From positions 62,001 through 126,000 of the forward strand of contig NIVC01001319.1 of the NCBI GenBank assembly GCA_002269645.1: a stretch of DNA of 64,000 nt, written 5' to 3'. Numbering within the stretch: position 1 is the stretch's first letter; the number at the start of each line of letters is the position of its first letter. The notes under the pieces are model-generated. The model was given only the letters and a program-made list of their open reading frames with translations. It did not search any database and was not told the DNA's origin. This stretch comes from Macrostomum lignano (lineage: Eukaryota). Position numbers and translations under genes: made by a program. Shown piece after piece: positions 37,124 to 50,600 of the stretch.

Positions 37124-37330
37124 GAGGTAAGAGTAGAGAGGAGAGATGAGATAGAGTAGAGGAGAGAGGAGAGAAGATGGAAGTGTTGAGAGAGGGGAGA
37201 GTGAGGAATGAGAAGAGGGGAGAGAAGAGAGAGTAGAGAGCAGAGAGAAAAGAGAAGAGATAAAAGAGGAGAAAGGAGAGATGAGATAGCAGACGAGAGA
37301 GAAGAGAGGAAACAGAAGAGAAGATATAAG
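36560..37330. repeat. GA-rich low-complexity repeat
   Basis: Direct reading. Confidence 0.9.
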
Positions 37331-38087
37331 TTTCAAAGGATCCAAGGTACGTAGGGAGAGTCAGAGGCAGAGGCCAGAGTTTGTCAATTACATGTTCAGA
37401 GTCAGACCGACATTGCTTCACATTCTGCGCAGCACCCCAGCCAACAATATCACTGTTTGCCTCAAATCCAAATTTTACACGAATGTACTCCACTTTATAT
37501 TTACCTCTACTCTACTAACTATTAACAAGTTTTTGTTGTGTATGGCCTTGGATTTCAAAATACATGCAAAAAAAGTTCCGGGGATTGGAATTCCCCGGGT
37601 TCAAAATCTGCAGGTTTCAACAGCTAGTTAATTAATAATTCGCCTAATAATTCACTGGAAACTTGTGCACAAGCGACGATTACTAATGAAGTACTACTCC
37701 TTCTCGGGTTCTTGAAGATGTTCCTAGAAATAGAACCCGCTGCTCCTGAAGTAGCTAGATAGCACCGTTGTACTACCTATCGATTTGCCTGAAAATGAAC
37801 CTAAAACGTTAGCCTTGACTTGGTAGGGTTGCTGCCACCTTGGTGTGCGGACTCGACGCGTCGGCAGAGTTGTCTATCCGTCACCTGAAATAAAATAACG
37901 AAGTCGCTCGGAGCAAAGGCAAATCTGAAAAATGTCCCGACAGTCGATCGTCTTAGTAAAATGCTGCTCGAACCTGAAAACCTGAAAACCTGAAATGAGA
38001 GAGGAGAGCTCGGAGGCAGAGAGGCAGCTCCGGTCGAGCCCAGGCAGGACGACGCGATCTGGAGAAAAATGGCTCGCAGATGCTCCG

Positions 38088-38451
38088 TATTTATAGCCGA
38101 GCGGACCCCCAGAAGTCACGTGAGTTTCATGCGGTGAGCGCGTGAAACTTCCTTATTTGGTCACTAAAATCATGCGAGCGACGCGGGATTCAAGGCCAAC
38201 TTCCAAATAAGGCAACTCTGTCACGCAGCATTGGCGTGACTCAAGGTCAGTGGCCACGCAAAGTGTGCGTGCACAGTCACGTGCTTTTCTGTGCTAAAAA
38301 TAGAACTTGGGCGGATGAGTCATCCTGTTTACTCCCTCTGGGCAGCCATTACACTCCGCGCAGGTGATGAGTCATCCTGCTACGCCTCCTCAGCGCGAGT
38401 GGGAAAACATTGAGTGTGGCTGCCCACGCCTGCTCAGGCGATGAGTCATCG
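38088..38451 (-). promoter_or_regulatory. Putative Pol II promoter/enhancer module (TATA, 2 CArG, 2 E-box, 3 AP-1)
   Basis: TATAAATA on minus at 38088-38095; CCTTATTTGG at 38151-38160 and CCAAATAAGG at 38203-38212; GTCACGTG near 38115 and 38276; GATGAGTCATC at 38314, 38366 and 38440. Confidence 0.55.
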
Positions 38452-40943
38452 GGCAGTAAACACTTAGGCCCAGCACAGGGTATCTCTCTCACTAGATCAG
38501 GTGGACTGAGCTACTGTGCAGCGGACCACAGCACTCTTAGGGAAAGCTAGTGAATGCTGCTGAATAACCAGTTAGCAGCCAGTCACTACACTAATATGGG
38601 ATAAGTTAATTACGAATACATGCATTAAGTTTGTTTTACTTCACCGAGAATTTTGGTATAAATATCGCGAGCACCGAATGCAAACGTCGCGAACATGCTT
38701 TTGCTCTTGTCGGCCCAGTTCGATCGTACATGTACTGGCTCATGCGCCGGTCTCGTGCGTTAGTATACCAGTCTAAAACACATAGGATAGTGTAGGTTAT
38801 ATAGATAGTCTATAAAACTCTGAATATAGAAACTTGAGCAGTCTACAATGTCGAAGTATTAATCTGATAGTTTAGTGTCGAGTCTAATAATTCGCCGTAC
38901 TCTAACAGACTGTGATGGTAAGGGCGCAGGAGGCCGAGTACCTAATGTATGTTTTTGTTAATTAGTTTTGTGATTGACAACTTTTTTCAATGTATAGCTC
39001 TGTCTGTGTAGGAATTAATATATTCTAGCCTATTATAAGTTTAATTATTGATCTTAGGCCAATTAATCAGTCCTTAATATTCAACGCACATCTGTGAGGA
39101 AAGCGATTTCTCAGTCATTTTATCATAGCTTCGATTGGAGGCAGCGAACTACATGGTGTGTTAAAATATCTATTGGAAATTATTATTGTTAACATTGGGA
39201 GGTTCCGCGACTTAAATGTTTCAAGAAAGCTTAGCCTTGCTTTATCAGACCATCTCAGAGCGACGTCCTTCGGTTGGTGCAATATAACAGTAGCCTTAGA
39301 CCCAACTACTCGCAGCTACCATAATCTAAGCTTTTTATGATATTACTTGTACATAGCGGATTACATATAGTCACATAGTGGAGACTTTCAGCAGATCATA
39401 ACACTGCCAAAAAGTGCAGCAAACTCCCGAAATCCCCTCTGGGTCCTTTTATCACGCGACCATACTGCAAACCTGCAAGGAACCACTTTTTCAAATGGCA
39501 GCAGCTAGATTGGCTGGTGCGATGGTCTCAAACTTTTGGAAAGTTGAGACCCTTAACACTGCTAAAGACTGTCTTTTCGTACCACTCTCGCTTGATATCC
39601 CCGCGACGTTACTGACAAGCGTGACCGGCCACAATCTACTTTGGCAAGGACATTGCAACCTGCGAAGAGACCCGCGCCTCCTGGGTGGTCTACCTATACT
39701 CATGAATCACTATCCACCACCACGCAGCGCTGACTAGGAATTACATGTAAAAGCTACGTTTGTACGCAGTCCCACCTCAACGCCCTTCGCTGTCTCACTG
39801 GACGCGACTGGGGACAAGATGCGGACATGCTTGAAACGACTTTACCATAACTACATGGAATCCGTGGCTCTCTATGACGCCGAGGCGTAGAAGACAACAG
39901 CCTCAGACGCCTGCCACATGAAGGTAGAGATCATTCACATCTAGGCAGCTCGCGCGATCATGGTCAGCGGATGTTGAGAACGGATCACAACAGCCGCAGA
40001 CAGTGAGACGCCGACCACAGCAACGTCACCCCCATAATCGTACAGCCTCTATAAAGCTACTCCTCATTGGTATTTGCTTTTTATTTTAAATAAATTTATT
40101 AAATTGCGGCCTTAGAATCAAGCCAAGATTCATCCTGATTTTTAGCAATACTCATTACAAAAATAATATAATCGCATCGTATTCATTTTTTCAGTTTTAT
40201 ATCTTCTTAAGGCTGCCTTTGTAAAAATTATTGTCAGAATTTTACATGTATGTATACCTTGTCACATTAGGACAATCAACCATTAGCTATTAATGAACTT
40301 TTTTGTTCTCGAACCAGAGACTCTTTCAGAAAATTCTAATGCAGAAAATGTTTTGGAGCTAATCAACTCTGGATCCATCCAATAACTTTTAATAAATAGC
40401 TCACTCATTTTTAGTGAGCTAAAAAAGTGGGAGGGGGACAAAGCAAGAATTCAATATTGTACATGTACATGACAAAATTCCTACATTTCCATTATTTTGA
40501 GAATCGTTTTGTCCGCACTAATTTTGGCCGCAGGCATCCTTTTTGGTGCCGCAGGCACTCTTTTTGGCATCGCAGGCACTCTTTTTGGCGCCGAAGGTGC
40601 TATATTTTGGCGCCCTGAAGAAAAATTATTGATTACCACAACGAGTCACAAGGTGGGATGGGTGGAAGCATTGGCATGTCATCCCATAGCTTCTACTGGG
40701 GAGACATGTCCTCCCTGTCCCCCCCCCCCGGTGACGACGCGCCTGAAACATTGTATTTTCACTTCTGATGACTTAGCCGAGTATCAGAGTGCAGCTGCTC
40801 TTGATGATGATAAAGGTGGCCTCCAACTCGCGGCGGTTCGCGCTGACTGGTAACTGGATCTGGCCCGCCACCTCCAGCGGTTCGCTGGCGCCGAGTACGA
40901 AGACTTTGGTGTTGGACGGTGTCAGCGGCGTGCCACTAGGGCA

Positions 40944-41225
40944 TCATACTCTGCGGAACGTCGCGTTGTCCAGAACGTTGCAGCTTGCCCCACTGTCAAT
41001 TAGGGTGCGGATTTCCTGTCCGTTGATGCCGATGCTGAATTTGGCTCCGTCGTCCTTGGCGCTGAGGTTGCAGAACACTTCGCTCACCGACTGGTCGGCT
41101 GGCTGATCTTGCTCTGGCTGCAGTGCGTTGATCTTTGAGCGGCCGCTGAAGCAAGCCTTGGCCAGATGATTCATCTTGCCGCTGTTGTATTTTGTCTTTA
41201 AGCCTTCAATGTGGCTCGTATCCAT
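40944..41225 (-). pseudogene. Gypsy gag-knuckle/protease fragment
   Basis: GKMNHLAKAC (knuckle remnant) and INGQEIRTLIDSGASCNVL (retroviral-type DSG protease motif). Confidence 0.75.
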
Positions 41226-41699
41226 GGCTCATTGACGCTGAGCTCAGCTCTCAATTCATTTTATTCTTTTTTCTTTTCTAGTTTGGTCCGTTCGACCTCT
41301 TCATTTAACATTTGCGCAGGCACGTAAATAAATGTATATGGGGAACTTTTTTTCACCCACAACATCCTCCCTCTTCTGCAGGGCGGTGCACAGTCTGAAC
41401 TCAGGTACGATAAAACATGCGAGGCTTCAGTGCCCAGCGCTCGCTCCGCCTGGGCGATGACCTTGGCGGACCTCCAGCCTCAGTGCTTGGCTGCTGTGGG
41501 TTCTCCATCTTCTTTGGTCCAACTGGTAGCATTTGTCTCGCATTTGTCTCGCTAACATTGTCTCGCAAAGATGGAACCACTCGATCGTCATCGCATCCAG
41601 TAGCAGCTTCACTGGGTTTAGGAGCAGTATTTTCAACTTTCAGAGCTCTTTTGTGTCTCAGGAACCTTCACAGACTCGAAGTTGAAAGCATCTGTTGCC

Positions 41700-42830
41700 T
41701 GGGCTTTGAGCTGGGCTCTGAGCATCGCAACATTCGAATTACAATATTTATATATTTGCATCTTTGGCGTCGAGATTTTTGTCCTAACAGTTGGAATACT
41801 CAACTAATTTTTTTCCGATATTGTCCCAGGCGCTCTATTTAGCTGTACCCAAATGAAGCGGCTAAAGGCACAGAATGGAATTAATTTTGGTTCTATGTCA
41901 AATTCTGCTAAAAATTTTCACCAAGTTTTCACCACCATGTTGATTTTGTTTGGAATGTTTTTGTAATAATGCTAGTAGAGCATTTCGGTATATTTCTGTA
42001 TATGAGGAGCACTATAAGGAGTAACGGCCAAAACTAACAAATCACTATTGCGTCTGGTTAACATTTATATATGCAATGTCTGTTGTTTGCTAAAATACCG
42101 AGCTGCAATTTTGCGTTCGCATCGAATTCAGTAGCTATTAAGAGCACTCAAATTGATTGATGAAATTGAATGGCAACCAAATTTGTGTTATTCTTTCCCG
42201 TTTAAAGTTAAAATTTAAGTAAATTGAATCTTTAAAATTAAAATTTGATACGTTGACTTTGTTTCTAACCAATATTCGCTATGTTTTTCATTCAGTTAGG
42301 ATACAACTAAAACAAATTATGCCAAACAATAATGCGTCACATTTAAGCGTTTTCTTAGGTCTGAGCCAAAAATGACTAAAAAGTAAATTTTATGCATATT
42401 TTATGTTATTCCAATAGCCAATTTATTTCATGTGTTTATCCAGACTATTTTCGTGGCCTGTCGATCCAACCTTTTCCAGGTTTGTTTGCAATTTTTGGCC
42501 CCGTGATCTGAGTTCTGTTTGTTATGTATATTTTTTATACGTTTAAATCTGATTTAACTGGTTGGAAAGAAGTTTTGGTTTTAAGATTGTTAGATGTGCA
42601 AATGCACTTTCGTACTGCTGGGCTGGGGCCATAAAGTTCAAACGGCCAATTTTTGCGATTTCCTTAATTACAATACTTATACACTTATCCAGACTGATTG
42701 AGCTATATTTAACTCGGTCAACCCCAAGCATAAATAATAAACGCGTTCGCACGCCTTTCCAAAGCCAGCGTAGTAAAGGTTAATTATCCAATTCGCCACT
42801 ATTCGCTTTTTAAATTGTGCTTCTTAGTCC
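41700..42830 (+). repeat. Dispersed repeat, copy 1 (homologous to 56720-58080)
   Basis: Shared blocks in the same order: GCAACAT(T/C)CGAATTAC, CACCAAGTTTTCACCA, CAATAATGCGTCACATTT, ATTTATTTCATGTGTTTATCCAGACTATTTTC, AATAATAAACGCGTTC. Confidence 0.8.
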
Positions 42831-42959
42831 AAGGTTTTGTTTATTTAAACAGTAAGTTGCTTGATGAAGCTATTTCTGATCCAAAATATTAGGGTAGCCT
42901 AAGGATAGTCTGTGCAGAGATAGATAATTGATACAGGTTAAAAGTGAAGATAGGGGGAC

Positions 42960-44690
42960 AGTCTGGTAGATAGGGAGACAAGTTGGTCGATAGGGAGACA
43001 GGTTGGTAGATAGGAAGACAAACTGGTACATGGGGAGACAAGTTGGTAGATAGGGAGACAAGTTGGTAGATAGGGAGACAAGTTGGTAGATACGGAGACA
43101 AGTTGGTAGATAGGGAGACAAGTTGGTAGATAGGGAGACAAGTTGGTAGATAGGGAGACAAGTTGGTAGATAGGGAGACAAGTTGGTAGATAGGGAGACA
43201 AGTTGGTAGATAGGGAGACAAGTTGGTAGATAGGGAGACAAGTTGGTAGATAGGGAGACAAGTTGGTAGATAGGGAGACAAGTTGGTAGATAGGGAGACA
43301 AGTTGGTAGATAGGGAGACAAGTTGGTAGATAGGGAGACAAGTTGGTAGATAGGGAGACAAGTTGGTAGATACGGAGACAAGTTGGTAGATAGGGAGACA
43401 AGTTGGTAGATAGGGAGACAAGTTGGTAGATAGGGAGATAAGTTGGTAGATAGGGAGACAAGTTGGTAGATAGGGAGACAAGTTGGTAGATAGGGAGACA
43501 AGTTGGTAGATAGGGAGACAAGTTGGTAGATAGGGAGACAAGTTGGTAGATAGGGAGACAAGTTAGTAGATAGGGAGACAAGTTGGTAGATAGGGAGACA
43601 AGTTGGTAGATAGGGAGACAAGTTGGTAGATAGGGAGACAAGTTGGTAGATAGGGAGACAAGTTGGTAGATACGGAGACAAGTTGGTAGATAGGGAGACA
43701 AGTTGGTAGATAGGGAGACAAGTTGGTAGATAGGGAGACAAGTTGGTAGATAGGGAGACAAGTTGGTAGATAGGGAGACAAGTTAGTAGATAGGGAGACA
43801 AGTTGGTAGATAGGGAGACAAGTTGGTAGATAGGGAGACAAGTTGGTAGATAGGGAGACAAGTTGGTAGATAGGGAGACAAGTTGGTAGATAGGGAGACA
43901 AGTTGGTAGATAGGGAGACAAGTTGGTAGATAGGGAGACAAGTTTGTAGATAGGGAGACAAGTTGGTAGATACGGAGACAAGTTGGTAGATAGGGAGACA
44001 AGTTGGTAGATAGGGAGACAAGTTGGTAGATAGGGAGACAAGTTGGTAGATAGGGAGACAAGTTGGTAGATAGGGAGACAAGTTGGTAGATAGGGAGACA
44101 AGTTGGTAGATAGGGAGACAAGTTGGTAGATACGGAGACAAGTTGGTAGATAGGGAGACAAGTTGGTAGATAGGGAGACAAGTTGGTAGATACGGAGACA
44201 AGTTGGTAGATAGGGAGACAAGTTGGTAGATAGGGAGACAAGTTGGTAGATAGGGAGACAAGTTGGTAGATACGGAGACAAGTTGGTAGATAGGGAGACA
44301 AGTTGGTAGATAGGGAGACAAGTTGGTAGATAGGGAGACAAGTTGGTAGATAGGGAGACAAGTTGGTAGATAGGGAGACAAGTTGGTAGATAGGGAGACA
44401 AGTTGGTAGATAGGGAGACAAGTTGGTAGATAGGGAGACAAGTTGGTAGATAGGGAGACAAGTTGGTAAATAGGGAGACAAGTTGGTAGATAGGGAGACA
44501 AGTTGGTAGATACGGAGACAAGTTGGTAGATAGGGAGACAAGTTGGTAGATACGGAGACAAGTTGGTAGATAGGGAGACAAGTTGGTAGATACGGAGACA
44601 AGTTGGTAGATAGGGAGACAAGTTGGTAGATAGGGAGACAAGTTGGTAGATAGGGAGACAAGTTGGTAGATAGGAAGACAAACCGGTAGA
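42960..44690. repeat. 20-bp minisatellite (AGTTGGTAGATAGGGAGACA), ~85 units
   Basis: Nearly invariant; the main variant is TACGG for TAGGG. Confidence 0.98.
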
Positions 44691-45361
44691 TAGGCTTACA
44701 AGTTAAAAAGTAGATCGGACTTGAAAATTCATCTGAAAACTTATTTGCAAGGATTTGAAAACAATGCTTTCTCAGAGAGAGCTGCTGCAGTTCCGCACCA
44801 GTTCATTGAGTCAGTGGCGCACGCAGGATTTTTGTGCGTCCACTACTTTTGTGAAGTGGCTTCTGTAGACAGCAGGTCATTTTTGCTCAGTGTTGTATCA
44901 AAGCGCGTCAACTGTTTGAAAAGCATCTTAAATGACACAGTGGCCTTGATTTCAGACTTAGTCGGTTAAATCAAATGAACTGATGGTGGTGCTAAATGAT
45001 GCCAACTGCTCATGATGACTGCGAGAGCACATCCGAGAGAAGGAACCGTGCAAAGTGTTGGAGTTGCTCAATTTTTTCCTAAACTTTTGGAGGTCATTAT
45101 GTGCAGAAGTTTTCAGAAAGGTAATAAGTCGGAGTCCAATCAACTTTGAATGCAGAGGGGATTTTGTCACGTGTATTTTTATTAGCAGTGTATTTTCACT
45201 TTATTATTCAGTAGGATTTCTTCGCGGGGTAACAAAATATTTGGACGAAAATCTGTTTGGACAAATTTTTTGAGATTGTCAAAGTTGCTTCAAAATATCC
45301 TGAGCGCTCGATTTGGCCAGTTGCAGCAGCACAAATATTCTGTGCCGTCATGCGAGTTTTG

Positions 45362-46408
45362 CTACAGAAGCAGCATCTCGATCTCCTTCAGCGAGTAGTA
45401 GAGAAAAAAGGGTAGCTTCCAAATGACTCCCTGTGCATAAGGTCCTCCGATGGCAACAGATGCGTCTCTGTACTTTCCGTTCGGGTGGGTGGCGAAACAG
45501 TTGCTAAACCACCAGGCTCCTTTAAACATTGTTGCGCAGTTACTAGGATGGGTGTCGTGCTCGGCGTCCTTCGTACTGAACTGCGCGCCGTTGCTCCTGG
45601 GAGCGAGGCTGTCGCCGATGCCGCCGCTGCCGGAGAAGCCGGACACGCTCAGCCGGTAGTTGTCTGACTCGGGACCCACGGAGAAGCTGGAGTACTCGGC
45701 CCAGTGCTCAGAGTCGTTCCACGCCTTCATCAGGATCCTCAGCTTCCGAGGACCAGAAGCAGTGAGAGCGTGGAGAGAGTTCAGGCCTGGGAAGATGCGG
45801 ACGTCATGGCGGTGTTTGTCATTGAAGTCCGAGTTGGAAAAGGAAGCGAATGGAGCAGATCTGGGATGCACTCACCGATCCAGTAGTTTCCGTCGGGTCC
45901 CTCGCCGAACTCGCTCTGGTACTGAGTCCAGTTGCGGTAAAAGTCCACTGAGCCGGACACCCTGTGCTGCACGGTGGTCCAGCAGTCACTGCCGGCTGTC
46001 TGCAAGGTGACACAGCAGGTGTGTCAGCTTTTCTACTCCGCGTTAAAGCGTGGCTGTAATGCTGACACATCTGACTGAGTGACTCACCCACACTCGCTGA
46101 GCTCCCTTGTTCGCATTTCGGCACTTCCTGCAGTGGCTCAGGCCCAGGCGGCATTTGAACTGAGCACACAGGCCGGAGCTGGCGTTGAACGCCACCAGCT
46201 GCAAAGCGGAGTCGCTGTTGGCAGCGACAATGCAGTCGACCTCATTCTGAGCTGAGTGTGACCTCACGGCCTCGTAGTCGGAAAGGCTTTTAAGACTCGG
46301 CCACCACCGTCGTCCGGAAGAAGAGGAGGCAGCTTCGGTCACGTGACGCGGGACTGCAGCGAGCAGCAGCAGCAGCAGAGCGACTTGACGAGCGGGTTGG
46401 AGCTGCAT
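45362..46408 (-). CDS. Secreted fibrinogen-related (FReD, ficolin/angiopoietin-like) protein; join(46088..46408,45876..45999,45362..45786), 289 aa
   Basis: Signal peptide [10 protein letters not shown]; [18 protein letters not shown]...FG...YWIGL, NYRLSV, FSTKD, CA...GAWWFSNC...NGKY are FReD motifs; two GTGAGT-AG introns of 88 and 89 bp preserve the frame. Confidence 0.93.
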
Positions 46409-47229
46409 TTTATCTGAAATGTGGAGTAGTGAGTAAAAGCTGTCACCCCACTGCGGATATCCAGGTGAATGATATTGTGGTGGGAGACGGAGGGATGTAG
46501 AGGGTGGATGTAGAAGGCGGAGGCCCAGCTCATGCCTCGTGCTCAAAAGACTCACCAGCTAAGCAAATTATGCCGTGATCTCTCAGAATTAGAAAATTGA
46601 GTCCGCAGTTACAGTAGGCAGACGGGCGCTGCAGGCCAATATAAAAGCCCCAAGTCAGAAACAAACTACAGCTGCGGTCGCCATGGCAACCAGGCAGCTA
46701 AAGCTTTTAACAAGGGTTGCCTCTCTCAGAAGCAGTGGGGATGACCTTGCAGTCGACTGCAGCTCATTCAAGTCAGACAGGCTGCATTCGAAGGCGCTGA
46801 GTCCGTCTTGGATGGCGGAGACGCAGTTGGTTTCTGCAGAGTTTTCTTTAGTCATTCATCTGCGGCCTCCACACAGCCGCCCATGTGGGGCAGCGTCTCG
46901 GTCGGATGCGTAGAGAAGTTGAAGCTGTCTGAGTAGCAGTAGTGTGACACAAGAGGATGGGCCACTTCTTATTGTCACTCGCGAGCAAAAAGATGTGGCT
47001 CATCCACAATTGCATCACACTAGTACGACCGGGAGTTAGGAATTTACTATGGAAGGGCTGGTTGGGTGTGGAAGAAAAAATATTTGGAGAGAAAGGAGAC
47101 CTGTGGATTTTGCGGGGGGGGCAGGTGGGCACTGAGGGTGAGGGCATAATGGGAGCATTGACTTTCGGTATATTTCGCAGACCCCGGTTTCTCATCTTTT
47201 CTTCTTCAATCTACTAAAACTGACGCGAT

Positions 47230-47600
47230 GTTTGTGTGTGTGTGTGCGACGAGAGAGCAGGAGAAAGGATATGAGAGGGGAGATAAGAGACAGGAGAGAT
47301 GAGAGGAGAAAAGAGAGGAGGGATAAAAGAGTACAGATGAAATGAAAGAGAGAGAGAGGAGAGAGGAGAGAGTAGAAACGAAAGACGAGAGAGAAGAAAA
47401 TAAATAATATAGTAGAGATGAAAGGAGAGAGAAGCGAGAGGAGAGAGGAGATAGGAGAGATGAAAGATCAAAGAGATGAGAGAGATAAGAGAGTAGAGAG
47501 GAGAAAGTATGAGGAGAAAGAATAGAATAAAGATAAGAGCGCAGAGAGGAGAGATGAGAGACTAGATATGAGAGAGCAAAGAGGAGACAGCAGACAGGAG
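47230..47600. repeat. GA-rich low-complexity repeat
   Basis: Direct reading. Confidence 0.9.
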
Positions 47601-50600
47601 AGGCTGGGACTGAAGTCTGGACAATGGCAGTCAGTTTCTGCAAAAAGGGAAAACAAGATATGGTACTTGTAAATTTTTGTAAAGGATTCGGAGACGATTT
47701 GGAAAATGAGATTCAAGACATGGGATTTCAGCTGATAAATACATGGAATGGAATTCTGGCGATGGGAGTTCCATCCCCTTTCTCCTCCAACGGAGGAGTT
47801 CCACTCGTTATTTCTAAAACTGAAGGTGCTCTCGCCCTCAGTTTTCATGAGGGAAGTTCTGGTGCAGTCCCACCGCAAATTTTCGGGACAAAAACCCTAG
47901 TGCAGCAATGCATCAACATTTGCGCTAAAATCTATTTATACATAATGCCTTAACATCCAACACCAAACACCCAATGCAATACTTACAACCGCTCATCTAA
48001 GGGCGATAAAATAGCCGCCAACCCAAAAAATTCCCCCTTAAATAAACATCTATAAAAACTATTGACACAAAACGCTCTTCTATCTAAAATCAACTATCCC
48101 AACACAATACTTACAACTATAACTGATCTAAACGTCCCTAAAACCGAAATTAACATCTAAAAAAGACTTCAAATCTGGTATTTATTCATTAATGGTTAAT
48201 GATTAATGGTTATATCATTCAGCAGTTTTAAGTATCAACGTTCCACAACCGAACAAATTTGGCTAAAATAAAATCTCTCGACACACTGCCTGAAGACTTC
48301 GAGCGCTGCTGTGCTATCACCGGACTACGTGTCGGATTTCTTTGAGACATCCTCTGAGGTTCTTCAGGAAGATACGCTTGAATTGCGCTGTCCCTGTTTG
48401 TCCTGGAGCTTGACTGGGCCGCCGCGCTATAATAAAAACATTCTTGTCGACCGCGATTTTATAAAACGAATACCAAACTTTTCCTTTTAACGGGGTGACT
48501 TATTTTTTTATACTTGACGTCACATTGGATGAGCTGGATATAATTAGCTCGGTCTGAAGAATATATCGACTCGGATTTCCTAATCTCGAAACCGAAAAAC
48601 CCACCCGATCACGTGTTTCCTTTTTTAAGTTTTGCCTTCTCTCTTAGACTTTTTCATGGGTTTCGGCCTTTTTGGCCCCCTTGAGAAGGCCTTCGGGCCT
48701 CAGGTCTCAGAAATGAATCAATTAGAGTCCTAGCCCCCACTCCTGTCAGATGGTCAGCTCCATGGTAGCTTGATCTGTGACGAGCAGTCTAGGTCCTATA
48801 GCTAAGAGAGGGACAGCGAGAGACAAGCAGGAGAATTTTGAAGGTAGAGATCAGCTAATCCGCAGATTAACTAACCCGCTGCCACCAGCCCGTGCGTCCT
48901 GGCACACCAAACCGGGACTTTCGAAATCGGGTTTCCGACTAGAAGGGGCTTAGAACTTACCTGCCAACTAGTGTCTTTTTGCTGTCAATCTCGATGTCAT
49001 AGCCGATGATAAGGGACACTGCTGGGACTTGATCGCATTGGCCATGCAGGTACAGAGGGGACTTGTGCAGGGGATTCTTACAGTGGCGAGACTATGGGGT
49101 AGCTACATGTACTATTACATTGCTAAATACGAGGAATTGTACTTTTGGCCTTTAACGCGCTAACTAGCCTCTCCTAGCGCTGATGATAGGCTAACTCGAA
49201 CCTCAGAGACCGCATGATTCATTACCCGAGCCGCTTGGCGAATCTAGAGTGAACAGAGTACATCTCTAGCGCCGATTTTGCACTATTGGCAATTTTGCTC
49301 ACTGATTTGATAGATTGATCGACTGAGAACTGCCTTGCCATTGGTCCACTGTGACCGGCGCCTACTAGCTTAGCTACTCATCTGAGCCATCGGCGAACAA
49401 AGAAATATTGATAAAACCGATAAAAATAACTGTCAGATTTAACCTTCTCCTCAGATCACTTCACACTTCAGATTGAATTGGAGTTTTAGACTACTAGTGA
49501 TATTATTGAATGACTTCTACCTCAGCAACAGCACTACTGAACAAAAAGAGCAAAAGTGTGCGCCTAATCCAGCTACTGAAACAGGGGACAGATAAGGAAT
49601 CACCCAATCAAGCAAGTCTAGGCAGCCTCTCACCCAACCAATCAGAAACTCAACAGCCGGAGACCAGGTAATCCACAGTGACCGAATCGGCTTAGTGCTT
49701 CGCAGCTGTAGACCCGGGGTGATGTTGATGTCTTCGCAGATAGCTAGCAGGTGATGATCGATCTTAACCTAGATTTTCGCTGCTGAAGACCGGGGGAATT
49801 TGCCCTTGATGATGACGGGGGAGTCGCGATCAAGAGACGACGGTCGAGCTCCGGGAGCTCTAAATTAGGCCAAAGTCCCAGGAGGTTACCGGAGGTTGAG
49901 GTCCGAGCGGGCCAAAAACACCGGTTTAAATAGCCGCCAACTGGACCGCAATTTGTTATAATGGAACACCTCGACGCTGTTTGGCTAAGCCGATTTGTTA
50001 TAACTGATTTCGAATTTTCTGATTGGCTGAGCTTGTTGCCACTCAAACTCCCGTGACCAGAGGATCCTATCAGTTCCCTCGTGGCCATAAAAATACGCCA
50101 GGTGTTGTCATAAATCATTCAAAATCGCTACTTAATGATATATGGCCTTTCGCGTAGGAATGACAAAAATTAATGAAAAAATATGTATTAGAAAGATTTT
50201 ATTAAGTAGAAAGTGAAGATGGTGAAGAGAAGTCGCTAATCGCTAATCCCAAAGTACTTATACGGGAAAAAACGCATAACTGTCAAAGCTGTCAAACGCT
50301 TGAGTCAACACGAACAATTTAGGCCAGCTGCACCTCATAAATCTGATGGCCTGTCAAAAATGATGAGAAAAAATTGCTACCGCCCGCATCCTTCAGACCA
50401 TCTGGTGCCATGTGCCTCAGCATTGAGTGAGAATTTAGATTTATTGTGAATTAAATACAGAATTTTACATGTAAATATATACTTCGTGCTCCTTATATAA
50501 AATTGCAACTGGCTTTAAAACGGATCGAAAAATCCTGGCGCAAGTGAATCTCATCGATATAGCTACGATTCCATGTGTTTTCTGGCCCAATTGATTAGAA

